IMG/VR virus record: IMGVR_UViG_3300034523_000174
Span: 1 to 64,000 of that record
Direction: 5' to 3' (one strand)
Source of the DNA: a virus
Length of the DNA stretch: 64,000 nucleotides
Shown: positions 1 through 8,338 of the stretch, piece by piece
Numbering within the stretch: the stretch's first letter is position 1
Layout: each line of letters starts with the position of its first letter
Translations under genes and position numbers: made by a program
Notes under the pieces: generated by a model
Database searches by the model: none
What the model saw: only the letters and a program-made list of their open reading frames with translations
What the model was told of the DNA's origin: nothing

Positions 1-242
1 CACAAACAACCAGTAGCCGCGAAATCAAGACGCGTGCCGAGCTGGACACGGTGGAGAACGGCCAGTGGATGGATGCTCAGCCCTATGGCCTGCCGTCGGG
101 TGATCAGCGCCTGATCGTCGACCTGCTGCCTTTCGATCCCGACGCACCGTATCGCTGTGAGCAGACGGTGGACATGTTTTCACCTAACCCGGTGAAGGCT
201 GGTATTGACCGCGACACCACTGGGGCGATAGGCCAGCCATGA
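1..242 (+). CDS. hypothetical protein, 5'-truncated by window edge
   Basis: Frame is open from base 3; stop overlaps the next ATG (ATGA). Confidence 0.6.
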   Translation, partial: QTTSSREIKTRAELDTVENGQWMDAQPYGLPSGDQRLIVDLLPFDPDAPYRCEQTVDMFSPNPVKAGIDRDTTGAIGQP

Positions 243-748
243 CTACGCCCGCCAATTGCGAATACAGCATGAGTACCGATGATGCGATGCTGATCGCCGG
301 TATGAGCCAATACGACCTTGAAGCGCGCAGAGACATGGTTGGCGCGGTGCTGGCAACGGATGGGGCTGGCCGTCTGGTGGAAATGCTGGCGCAGTTGATC
401 GGCATGGCCAACTCCGTCGCTGAAAACTGTGCCGCGATGAGCGACCAGGTGCTGATCGAAGAGTGTGGCGTCCATCCCGACCGATTCGACAGTGTAAATC
501 TGCCAACAATCATTGGGGCGTGTCAGGGCGTGCTGATCGCAAGCAAGTGCGATCCTGCTGGCGCGTGTCACGGGTGTGCGTACCGGCTGGGCTCCATTGC
601 CAATCAGTCGCCCATAGCGACGTGCGATGCCGAGTTTATGGCCCACGACCGCAAAGGGTTCATGTGTCACGCATACCAGGATGAGGACAAACCTACCAAG
701 GTGTGTGTAGGTCACGCCAAAGCGTTTAAGGCTGGCGCCTATGCGTAA
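239..748 (+). CDS. Cys/His-rich phage protein (CxxC...FxCH...C)
   Basis: ATGA coupling to the upstream gene; motif CHGC..FMCH..CVGH resembles 39453..39809. Confidence 0.75.
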   Translation: MTTPANCEYSMSTDDAMLIAGMSQYDLEARRDMVGAVLATDGAGRLVEMLAQLIGMANSVAENCAAMSDQVLIEECGVHPDRFDSVNLPTIIGACQGVLIASKCDPAGACHGCAYRLGSIANQSPIATCDAEFMAHDRKGFMCHAYQDEDKPTKVCVGHAKAFKAGAYA

Positions 749-1019
749 CGTTTACCGCTATGCCGACGGCGCCATGACGCTGGCGACCTATGAGGAAGCC
801 GAGAAGCTGGCCGGGTTCCGCCTGGATCGTCGCAAGCATTACATGATCGATGAGGGCGAGGTGCAGGAGAAGGGCTATTTCACCCTACGTTGCTCAGGCT
901 GCTGCTGTGGCTGCGAAATGGGCGGGTGTGGGTGTGGAAACGTTGGGTGTCGGGAGTGTGGCTATACCGGCCGGACGCGACATGTTGAGTGGGGGCCGGT
1001 TATGAGGCCGGCGGTGTGA
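741..1019 (+). CDS. small Cys-rich (Zn-binding) hypothetical protein
   Basis: Overlaps the upstream gene end; CSGCCCGC...CRECG. Confidence 0.65.
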   Translation: MRNVYRYADGAMTLATYEEAEKLAGFRLDRRKHYMIDEGEVQEKGYFTLRCSGCCCGCEMGGCGCGNVGCRECGYTGRTRHVEWGPVMRPAV

Positions 1020-1068
1020 CTCACTCAATTTATGCAAAGGGCGCCCAGGCTGGCGCCCGATAATCCAT

Positions 1069-1109
1069 GCAAACCCCCGGCAAAAGCGCGGGTAATCGTC
1101 TGGGAAAAT
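1069..1109 (+). promoter_or_regulatory. putative late promoter (GCAAACC-N28-GAAAAT)
   Basis: One of 13 fixed-spacing copies. Confidence 0.6.
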
Positions 1110-1160
1110 TTGTTCATTCGGAGGCGTAAGGCCTCATGCGATGACAAAGGAAAATGCCCA

Positions 1161-2558
1161 ATGCTTGCCCGTGCTCCCTACCAGTTATTTCTAGGCAACT
1201 GCCTGGATACCCTGCGCAACCTTCCAGACAACTCTGTTGATAGCATCGTTACCGATCCGCCCTATGGGCTTACCAGCGGTAAGAAGGGCGGGAGCGGTAC
1301 CGCATCAGTAAACCTAAAAAGTCCACATGGCCGTTCGCGTATCGGTACAGGGAATGGCGCTGGCGGCTTCATGGGGTTGAAGTGGGATGGCGATGTTCCA
1401 TCCGTGGAGATATGGGCCGAGTGCCTGCGCGTGCTTAAGCCGGGCGGCCACCTGCTGGCGTTTGCCGGTACCCGCACCCAGCACCGCATGGCAGTACGCA
1501 TTGAAGATGCCGGCTTTGAGATTCGCGACATGATTGCGTGGGTCTATGGCTCAGGCTTCCCGAAGTCGATGGACGTGAGCAAGGCCATTGATAAGGCCGC
1601 CGGCGCCGCGCGAGAGCTTACCCGCCCCGGAGTAGATCGCCGTGAGGGTTATGGTGATGACTGGGATAAAGGCGACTCTTCAACCCGTCCTCGCTATGAC
1701 GAGCCCGCTACCGACACCGCCAAGCAGTGGGAAGGCTGGGGTACTGCGCTCAAGCCTGCCCTGGAGCCGATAACCGTGGCTCGCAAGCCATTTGCTTCTA
1801 CTGTGGCAGCCAACGTACTGGCGCATGGCACTGGGGCGCTCAATATTGGCGGCTGTCGGATTGAGGTGAGTGACGCGACCTACGCTCGAAATTGTTCTGG
1901 CGACCGTGGACACTCAGGAACAAGGGGTTCCGATCAGGAAGGGGCTACAAGCCTGCGTTCGGGTGGCGGTTCCGCTGCGGCTGGTCGCTGGCCTGCAAAC
2001 CTTATTCATGATGGTAGCGCTGAGGTAGTGGCGCAGTTCCCTACGTCTGATAGTGCTCGCGCCAATGGCAATCCCAATAACCCAAAGCGCGGCGAAAACC
2101 ACACGGCTACCAGTTACGGGAAAGGCAACGGAAAGGTCACGCATGATTTCCGTGATGCAGGCAGCGCGGCCAGGTTCTTCTACTGCCCTAAGACCAGTCG
2201 CAAGGATCGTAACGAGGGGCTGACAGATCCCGGTCCACAATTCACTCATGGCGCCACCCTGCGCCAGATTGAAAACACCGACGCCAAGAGCAATAACCAT
2301 CCTACGGTTAAGCCTACGGACCTGATGGCCTATTTGCTGCGCCTGGTGACGCCGCCGGGCGGTATCGCGCTCGATCCTTTCATGGGGTCGGGTAGCACTG
2401 GCAAGGCCGCTATGCGCGAAGGCTTTGAGTTCATTGGCTGCGAGCTGGACGAGGGTTATATGGCCATTGCGACAGCGCGTATCGCACATGAGCATTTGAA
2501 GCGGGTAGCGCAAGACAAGTCCCCCGAGAATGCTCAGTGCGAAATGGCCATGGTTTAA
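1161..2558 (+). CDS. DNA methyltransferase, N6-A/N4-C, beta class
   Basis: DPPY motif near the N-terminus; HPTVKP and DPFMGSGSTG SAM motif near the C-terminus; RBS-like AAGGA before ATG 1161. Confidence 0.92.
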   Translation: MLARAPYQLFLGNCLDTLRNLPDNSVDSIVTDPPYGLTSGKKGGSGTASVNLKSPHGRSRIGTGNGAGGFMGLKWDGDVPSVEIWAECLRVLKPGGHLLAFAGTRTQHRMAVRIEDAGFEIRDMIAWVYGSGFPKSMDVSKAIDKAAGAARELTRPGVDRREGYGDDWDKGDSSTRPRYDEPATDTAKQWEGWGTALKPALEPITVARKPFASTVAANVLAHGTGALNIGGCRIEVSDATYARNCSGDRGHSGTRGSDQEGATSLRSGGGSAAAGRWPANLIHDGSAEVVAQFPTSDSARANGNPNNPKRGENHTATSYGKGNGKVTHDFRDAGSAARFFYCPKTSRKDRNEGLTDPGPQFTHGATLRQIENTDAKSNNHPTVKPTDLMAYLLRLVTPPGGIALDPFMGSGSTGKAAMREGFEFIGCELDEGYMAIATARIAHEHLKRVAQDKSPENAQCEMAMV

Positions 2559-2563
2559 CTGGC

Positions 2564-3112
2564 ATGTCGAAGCGCTGGATAAGCGAAGAGCAGTTGAAAC
2601 AGCTCCCCCCGGCGATGACCAAGCGGGCGCTGAGCGCCGTGCCGTCTGGTGTTCCGGGCGCGGTGGCGGCAAAGAAAGCCCCGGCCAAGGCCGCGAGCAA
2701 TGCCGCCCAGGTACCGCCGCCGGTGGTGGTGCCTACTGCGTCACGGCCGAGCGCGAAAGAGCGCATGCAGGCCAAGGGGCGCTTGCCGAAGGGCGTAATG
2801 AACGCCACCGAAACCCGGTACGCGGCGCACCTGGACGAGTTGAAGCTGGCCGGGGATGTCGTGTGGTGGCGTTTCGAACCGGTGAGGCTGCTACTGGCCA
2901 AGCTCACCACGCTGACGCCTGATTTCATGGTGCAGTTGGCTGACGGTACGGTTGAGCTGCACGACGTGAAGGGGGCGAAAGCCATCTATGAGGATGATGC
3001 CAAGGTCAAAATGAAGGTGGCCGCCAAGGAATACCCGTTTGTGTTCCGCGTGGTGTTTCCCAAGGCCAAGAAGGATGGAGGTGGTTGGATCATTGAAGAG
3101 GTTGGCGCTTGA
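2564..3112 (+). CDS. PD-(D/E)XK nuclease-like protein (DUF1064-like)
   Basis: E..Y...TPDF...ELHDVKG motif. Confidence 0.75.
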   Translation: MSKRWISEEQLKQLPPAMTKRALSAVPSGVPGAVAAKKAPAKAASNAAQVPPPVVVPTASRPSAKERMQAKGRLPKGVMNATETRYAAHLDELKLAGDVVWWRFEPVRLLLAKLTTLTPDFMVQLADGTVELHDVKGAKAIYEDDAKVKMKVAAKEYPFVFRVVFPKAKKDGGGWIIEEVGA

Positions 3113-3387
3113 GCGAGCCACTGCCGGCGGTGGTGGTGAACGCCCATGAAAGGTACGTTAGCCATATCATGTTTTGTGCAGATTGTTATGCACCGAAAAA
3201 GCGCCATTGTCTTACAGGGTTGAGCCTTCGAATCGAGTACGACGCTCAGTTTTTGATGACAATTAGCGATCTTCGCTGGCGCCGAACTCTGTTATTGCGT
3301 GAAGGCGATCAGAACCCGGCAAACGCAGACGGGCTCAAGGCTCGCGTGATTGAGCTGTACAACGAAGGTTTAGAAAAAGCGCAATAG
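3109..3387 (+). CDS. hypothetical protein with H..CxxC..C motif
   Basis: TTGA overlap with the upstream stop. Confidence 0.6.
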   Translation: MSEPLPAVVVNAHERYVSHIMFCADCYAPKKRHCLTGLSLRIEYDAQFLMTISDLRWRRTLLLREGDQNPANADGLKARVIELYNEGLEKAQ

Positions 3388-3435
3388 GTTGTCAATTTCG
3401 CCACGTCCACAGCGAAATGCTTGCGCCTTTTTGGC

Positions 3436-3464
3436 TTGCCAAATGTATAGGGATACTTTCTAAT
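3436..3464 (+). promoter_or_regulatory. sigma70-like promoter with operator ATGTATAGGGAT (3443-3454) in the spacer
   Basis: TTGCCA-N17-TCTAAT; the 12-mer recurs exactly at 12048, 62385 (-) and 63004. Confidence 0.6.
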
Positions 3465-3499
3465 CGCCGCGTTGAGACGTGCCGGGGAGGGTGCTTTAG

Positions 3500-4252
3500 A
3501 TGGTCGGGGATAAAACAACCGCTGCGAATGCGACAGAGGCAGAAGGGGCGTCGGGCGATATCCGAAGCGCTGAGCTTTCGTTGTTTAGCGAGTCGGAAGA
3601 CTTGGGGGTTGGCGCTGGCTCAAATGAGCGCCGACGTGCCGAGGAAACCCGCCTAATGGGCATCGTCGGACGGAAGCTGCGCCGGGCACGCAAAGCGGCC
3701 GGATTGAGTGAGAGCGCTGCCGGTTTGGCGCTGGCTCAGGAAGGCGTGACGATGATCAGCCTTTACGAGAACGGTCACCGACTGCCGAGCTTGGCAAACC
3801 TGCGCCTGCTGGCTCAATTGTACGGCGTGACGACTGATTACCTCCTTGATATGCACGACGACATTCTGGCCGAGCCAGAAGAGGGCAATCAGGCTGTACT
3901 CAGGGGCATTATCAGTGCCTCCCTAATGGGCCAGTTCGGCCAGTTCGTAGATGGGATTTCACGCCGCAACGCCATCATGATCGAGGCTCTAAGCCTGGAT
4001 CGCGCTCTGCTGTCCAACCTGGCCGGTGTCGCCACGGATCTGGTCAGCGCTCTAAACGTCGTCAAAACCCACGCCCCCGAGTTCGAAGAGATTCGCGGTG
4101 GTGCAAAGCTCGTCCGTTTGGTGGGCGAACTGCATGGGAGTATGTCCGAACAGATACGCCGCCGAGCGCGAGAGGAAGCAATGGCCGACTACGAGCCGTT
4201 CTGTCCCGCGCCGGAGCAGATTGCAAAGCAGGTGCAACAGCTTTTGTTTTGA
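3500..4252 (+). CDS. XRE-family HTH regulator with C-terminal extension (candidate late activator)
   Basis: LRRARKAAGLS...ISLYENG.R.PSL..L..LAQLYGVTTDYLL; lies upstream of the small terminase gene. Confidence 0.8.
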   Translation: MVGDKTTAANATEAEGASGDIRSAELSLFSESEDLGVGAGSNERRRAEETRLMGIVGRKLRRARKAAGLSESAAGLALAQEGVTMISLYENGHRLPSLANLRLLAQLYGVTTDYLLDMHDDILAEPEEGNQAVLRGIISASLMGQFGQFVDGISRRNAIMIEALSLDRALLSNLAGVATDLVSALNVVKTHAPEFEEIRGGAKLVRLVGELHGSMSEQIRRRAREEAMADYEPFCPAPEQIAKQVQQLLF

Positions 4253-4299
4253 TTTGTGCTGCTGGAGAGGAAGGCGCGTATAGCCGTCGTGGCGCCTTT

Positions 4300-4803
4300 T
4301 GGAGTGAACCAGTTAGTCAACGGCGGTCGCAGCACCCCGCGCTCCCTGCCACCTCCGGCAGGTCGCGGGTTTTTACAGGGTTACGCATAACCGGAGCGCT
4401 TTGGATTAGAGCGCTGCGGTATGCAGTAGGCCGAAAGGCGGCAAGCATGGCCAGGGCGTTCCTCCTGGTTGTAGTGGCGCCAGTAATGCGGGTTGACCAT
4501 GCGCCTAAGCGCGTTACCTGCTGCATTTCAAATTAGCGCCCTGTGCGCGGATAGCTTGGCCTCCTTAAGGGGCTGATTCAAAGCGTGATGCGGTCGCTCG
4601 TTGTGGTGGTCTGGTGGGATGTCTCTACCAGGCTAAGGCGCTCTTAGACAGTGCGCTGCAACACCCCAGCATGGATAACCGACAGGAGAAAGGTTTACTG
4701 CCTTTGCGGCGCCGGTCAGTAGCGTTCCGTTGACTGATAGTGGTGGGGGTCAGTACCAGGACCAACGCCCACAAGAGTAGCCCGCCCTGCGGGCTATTTT
4801 TTT
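4300..4803 (+). ncRNA. candidate large structured non-coding RNA (family unknown)
   Basis: No credible ORF; about 10 nested helices with + strand G.U pairs; closing helix 4312-4323/4727-4738; GAAA tetraloop; ends in an intrinsic terminator. Confidence 0.55.
4778..4803 (+). terminator. intrinsic terminator
   Basis: TAGCCCGC-CCT-GCGGGCTA followed by a T run. Confidence 0.8.
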
Positions 4804-4873
4804 ACCGTGAGGCGCAAGAAGTTGGCCGCGTTGCCACGGTTGATAGCGAACTTATTACGCATGAGGTGTTGGG

Positions 4874-5947
4874 ATGCCGCGCAAGCCAGATACTGAAAAA
4901 CCAGCCGTGTCGGGGGATGATTTATCCCCGTCCTCGGCTAACGCGCGCGCTCGTAAACCTGCAAAACCGCGTGCGGTTAATGTTAACAAGGCCGTGCCGA
5001 GCAAAAAACCGGCCAAAAAGCCTGTAAAAAAAGCCGCCAAAGCCCCTGCAAAACCGGTCACGCCGAAGAAGGCGAACCGGCACGGTGGCTGTGGAACGAC
5101 AAAGATAGAGAACCCAGTGAAGCTAACGCTGAAAGAGCGTAAAGCCATGGAAATGGCGGCTTTCCAGGGGCTTGATGCCAGGCAGGCGAAGTTCGTCGAC
5201 CTGTGGTTGGTGACGTATGACCAGCGCCAGTCTTACCGTGACGCCGGGTTCAAGTGCGCCAACGATAACGCAGCCTCAGCAGCGGCCAGTCGTCTGTTAA
5301 GTAAGGTTAAGTCACACCCATATACGCTGGCTCGCCAAGTCGAGCTGTTTGCCCGCACGGCAGATGTTCAAAACCAGCTCATAGCGACCTATCACGCGGC
5401 GTCGTTTGCCGATCCGCGCGAGCTGGTTGAGTACGTGCGCCGGTGTTGCCGCTACTGCTACGGCATCGACCATAAGTTCCAGCTGCGCCCCAGTGAAATG
5501 GAACGGCGCCGGGCGCAGTACGAAATGGATAAAGCCGCCGCCGAGGAAGAGAACAAGACCATTGGCGAGTTCGATGAGCTTGGCGGTGTGGGCTACGACG
5601 GCAAGAAGCCTCCCCACTCCGATTGCCCTGAGTGCGACGGTGAAGGCGAAGGCCGCGCGCTATTCAAAGACACTAGCAATCTGTCTCCTGCTGCCCTGGC
5701 GCTCTATGAGGGTGTGAAGGAGGGCAAGGACGGTACCGAGCTTAAAGTGGCCAGCCAGAAAGGCTATCGCGACGGTTTGGCAAGGTTGTTCAACATGAAC
5801 GTGGAGCCGGCTGTAGTGGTGAATCAGGGGGTCACGGAAGAGAGGCTTGAGGAAATCCTGGCCATCGCTGAGGCGAACACTCAGAAAAATCGCGAGGCTA
5901 TGGCCGCACGAATGGAAGAGCTGGCCAAGATAGGAATCGTCAATTGA
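4874..5947 (+). CDS. terminase small subunit (PacA-like) with Zn finger and K/P/A-rich N-terminus
   Basis: Q..FV..W...Y..AG......ASRLL HTH; DPRELVEY.R.CCRYC...CPECDGEG as seen in phage TerS. Confidence 0.8.
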   Translation: MPRKPDTEKPAVSGDDLSPSSANARARKPAKPRAVNVNKAVPSKKPAKKPVKKAAKAPAKPVTPKKANRHGGCGTTKIENPVKLTLKERKAMEMAAFQGLDARQAKFVDLWLVTYDQRQSYRDAGFKCANDNAASAAASRLLSKVKSHPYTLARQVELFARTADVQNQLIATYHAASFADPRELVEYVRRCCRYCYGIDHKFQLRPSEMERRRAQYEMDKAAAEEENKTIGEFDELGGVGYDGKKPPHSDCPECDGEGEGRALFKDTSNLSPAALALYEGVKEGKDGTELKVASQKGYRDGLARLFNMNVEPAVVVNQGVTEERLEEILAIAEANTQKNREAMAARMEELAKIGIVN

Positions 5948-6225
5948 AACCGGCCGGGCCAACCGCTTCACAGGTTATGCAAGCACGCCGCACTACTGGC
6001 CTGAGTCAGCGCGCAAGCGCGGCGCTGATTCATGTCAGCCGGAGAGCCTGGCAGACCTACGAAGACGGCACAGTGACGATGAAACTCGGCTTGTGGGAGC
6101 TGTACCAGTTCAAGACCGGACAAATTTGGGGAAGTCTGCCGCCCTTGAAGGGTGGGAAACAGGCTACATCGCGCCAGGGTAGGCCAGAAAACTTAACGCC
6201 ATTCAAGGCAAAGTCACAGGAGTAG
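5944..6225 (+). CDS. small XRE HTH protein
   Basis: ARRTTGLSQRASAALIHVSRRAWQTYEDG. Confidence 0.7.
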   Translation: MKPAGPTASQVMQARRTTGLSQRASAALIHVSRRAWQTYEDGTVTMKLGLWELYQFKTGQIWGSLPPLKGGKQATSRQGRPENLTPFKAKSQE

Positions 6226-6231
6226 GAATAC

Positions 6232-6867
6232 ATGCAGCAAGCACAACAATCTATCGCTGTTGAGCGTCGTTCCCCGGTTGCGGCACTAGGCGCCCCCATC
6301 GTGAACGATACCGGTCTGTTGAATGCCGAGCAGATCCCGGCCTTTCGCGCGTACCTGGTGGAAAGCGGCCTGCAAGTCCGTGATTCGGGCGCGGGTCAGT
6401 TCTTTCATGTCCGCTTGCCCGAGCTGGCGCGCTGGCTGCCGATTGAGCGTGGTCGTGCTGGTGCGCCGGTAACGCCGGATGTGCTGCGCCCATTTATTGC
6501 CAGTTTCCTCAAGTTGCCGTTGGCCACCGCTATTGGCGAAGTTCGGGCCGCCCGTCATGCGGCTGAGCGCAATGTGGCTCGTGCGGCGCTTGCACAGCCT
6601 GTTGTTGTCGAGGTCGCTACCGATCCTATGACACAGTTTCAGGAGCAAGCCACGGCGCCCGCTGGTGCCGCGATGGATTGCCTTGATCCGGTCGAACGCA
6701 AGACGCCGGCACCGCTGTCGCGCTACCTCAGCGATCTGCGCGACGACCTGGCCCTGCATGCGCCTGTCCGCTGGGATCCGGAACTGAGTGCTGAGGCGAA
6801 CGCTATTCGCCGCTGGGAATACGCGGACGTGATGCTGGCCACACGCACCACCAAGGCCGGGGATTAA
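6232..6867 (+). CDS. hypothetical protein
   Basis: RBS AGGA; operon context. Confidence 0.7.
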   Translation: MQQAQQSIAVERRSPVAALGAPIVNDTGLLNAEQIPAFRAYLVESGLQVRDSGAGQFFHVRLPELARWLPIERGRAGAPVTPDVLRPFIASFLKLPLATAIGEVRAARHAAERNVARAALAQPVVVEVATDPMTQFQEQATAPAGAAMDCLDPVERKTPAPLSRYLSDLRDDLALHAPVRWDPELSAEANAIRRWEYADVMLATRTTKAGD

Positions 6868-6886
6868 CCGGGAGAGTACAAACCCT

Positions 6887-7057
6887 ATGGTTTGCCGTTA
6901 TTGCGACGGGGATCGGGTTGTGTGGCGCAAAGGCGCGCACGGCCCCTTCACCCTCTGCCAGGACTGCAAACGTCGGAACTGTGAGCGGGGCACAAGCGCC
7001 CTGCCTCACGGGCACCACGAATGCGTCCGCGCCCAACTTCAACTGAAAATGCTGTGA
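6887..7057 (+). CDS. 56-aa Zn-ribbon protein (not in ORF track)
   Basis: MVCRYCDGDRVVWRKGAHGPFTLCQDCKRRNC...; GGAG upstream; fills the intergenic gap. Confidence 0.6.
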   Translation: MVCRYCDGDRVVWRKGAHGPFTLCQDCKRRNCERGTSALPHGHHECVRAQLQLKML

Positions 7058-7064
7058 GTCACAT

Positions 7065-7520
7065 ATGAGCCAGCCACAGAAAGCCCCAGCCCCCACCGAT
7101 TTGAAACGCTCAGCGCGCCTGATGCGGTTGAAGCACGCCAACGCGGTGTTGGTGGAGATATCGAAGGTCGGAAACCACACATGGGCGAACGAAGCGGGGG
7201 ATGTGTGCCGCCTGCGCCTCACCGTTGACGGTCGCGTGCATTTCCGCGACCACGACCCGGAAACGCCGACCATCGACCTGCACAGCACCGCCAAGGGCGC
7301 TAATGGCTTCTGGCTGGGGTTTCCCTATAAGGGCTCCGAGGCGTTGGTGCTGCGCGGCCTGCGTGACTACGTTGCGCACGGGACCAAGATTCACCGCACG
7401 TTGCTGGTGCCGCTGGTAAACGGCCGCCTGGCGCGTGGGTACACGGATGCTGATGTGGCGCTGATCGAGGATCGGTTGAAGTTCGTGCCGATCTTTGTTG
7501 AGCCGGATGTGCGCCGGTGA
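7065..7520 (+). CDS. hypothetical phage protein
   Basis: Operon context; GTGA coupling to the downstream gene. Confidence 0.7.
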   Translation: MSQPQKAPAPTDLKRSARLMRLKHANAVLVEISKVGNHTWANEAGDVCRLRLTVDGRVHFRDHDPETPTIDLHSTAKGANGFWLGFPYKGSEALVLRGLRDYVAHGTKIHRTLLVPLVNGRLARGYTDADVALIEDRLKFVPIFVEPDVRR

Positions 7521-7708
7521 GGCCACTGATAGTGGTGAATCGCGGCACTGGCGAGCGCTTGCTGGTCGAATTGGAAATTGGTTCGCTGCTTTGGCTGCGC
7601 AGTGAGAGCGGCGACATTGAGCAGGCCAGCCGTGAGCACCTGCCAGCCGAACGATGGGCATTTATGGAAGCTGGGGGTACGCATGTCGATCTTTCTGAAT
7701 CGCGCTGA
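7517..7708 (+). CDS. hypothetical protein
   Basis: Overlapping start/stop coupling. Confidence 0.5.
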   Translation: MRPLIVVNRGTGERLLVELEIGSLLWLRSESGDIEQASREHLPAERWAFMEAGGTHVDLSESR

Positions 7709-8270
7709 TTTTGAGTATGCCGCGAGCCAGGCCGGGATAACGGATCTGGAGCGCGACGGCGAGGATTACGCCAACGCCAACACACAAATGGCGTATGCCG
7801 TATGGCTGAGCGTGGCATTCCCCCTTGGTGAGAATGGTTCGGCCCCGTTGGCGTGGGTAAACCGTCGCGGTGGCAAGGCGGTTGGGCTTGTTCTGGCGCG
7901 ACCTACAGGGCCGGAGTCGCCTCAGTGGGCCAAGCGTGTCGCCCAAGGCTGGCAATCATCTATGCCGATGTACGCCAACGTGCCAGGGGTGAGCCATGAG
8001 GTGATGTCTGTCGTGCTTGAGCACCAGCGCCAGCGCCAGGAAGAGGGCTATTCGATACAGAGCGACCTGGAGCAATACCAAGGGGGCGAGCTGGCGCGTG
8101 CGGCGGCGTGCTACGCGATGCAGGCGGGCGGCGTGTACCCAATGCGCTACGTCAGCTTCTGGCCCTTCAAGTCGAAAATCAAATCCTGCCCACCGGCTGA
8201 ATCGCTGGCCAAGGCTGGCGCGCTGATCTTTGCCGAGCTTGAGCGTGCAAAGGCGCAAAGCCACCAATAA
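7683..8270 (+). CDS. conserved phage hypothetical protein
   Basis: C-terminal E..RQ...EGY....D..Y..GELARAAACYA...WP...L.KAGALI.AELER domain, common in phages. Confidence 0.75.
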   Translation: MSIFLNRADFEYAASQAGITDLERDGEDYANANTQMAYAVWLSVAFPLGENGSAPLAWVNRRGGKAVGLVLARPTGPESPQWAKRVAQGWQSSMPMYANVPGVSHEVMSVVLEHQRQRQEEGYSIQSDLEQYQGGELARAAACYAMQAGGVYPMRYVSFWPFKSKIKSCPPAESLAKAGALIFAELERAKAQSHQ

Positions 8271-8295
8271 GCGCCAGAAAATCAAGCAGTAAGGT
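8255..8295 (+). promoter_or_regulatory. putative late promoter (GCAAAGC-N28-TAAGGT)
   Basis: Fixed-spacing motif upstream of the large terminase. Confidence 0.6.
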
Positions 8296-8338
8296 GTAAG
8301 GGCCGGTAATTCGGCCCTTTTTGCGTTTAAGGGATTGC

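Noticed and set aside
1161-3112. MTase plus nuclease as a type II restriction-modification system
   Set aside because: The nuclease resembles small phage DUF1064-like nucleases rather than a cognate REase; no evidence of shared specificity.
4249-4536. ORF-track ORFs across the structured region (4249..4536, 4317..4526, 4740..5027)
   Set aside because: No RBS, atypical composition and no recognisable motifs.
4569-4580. GGGGCTGATTC resembles a tmRNA 5' end
   Set aside because: No T-arm/acceptor 3' end or tag ORF follows; the bases are used in a local hairpin.
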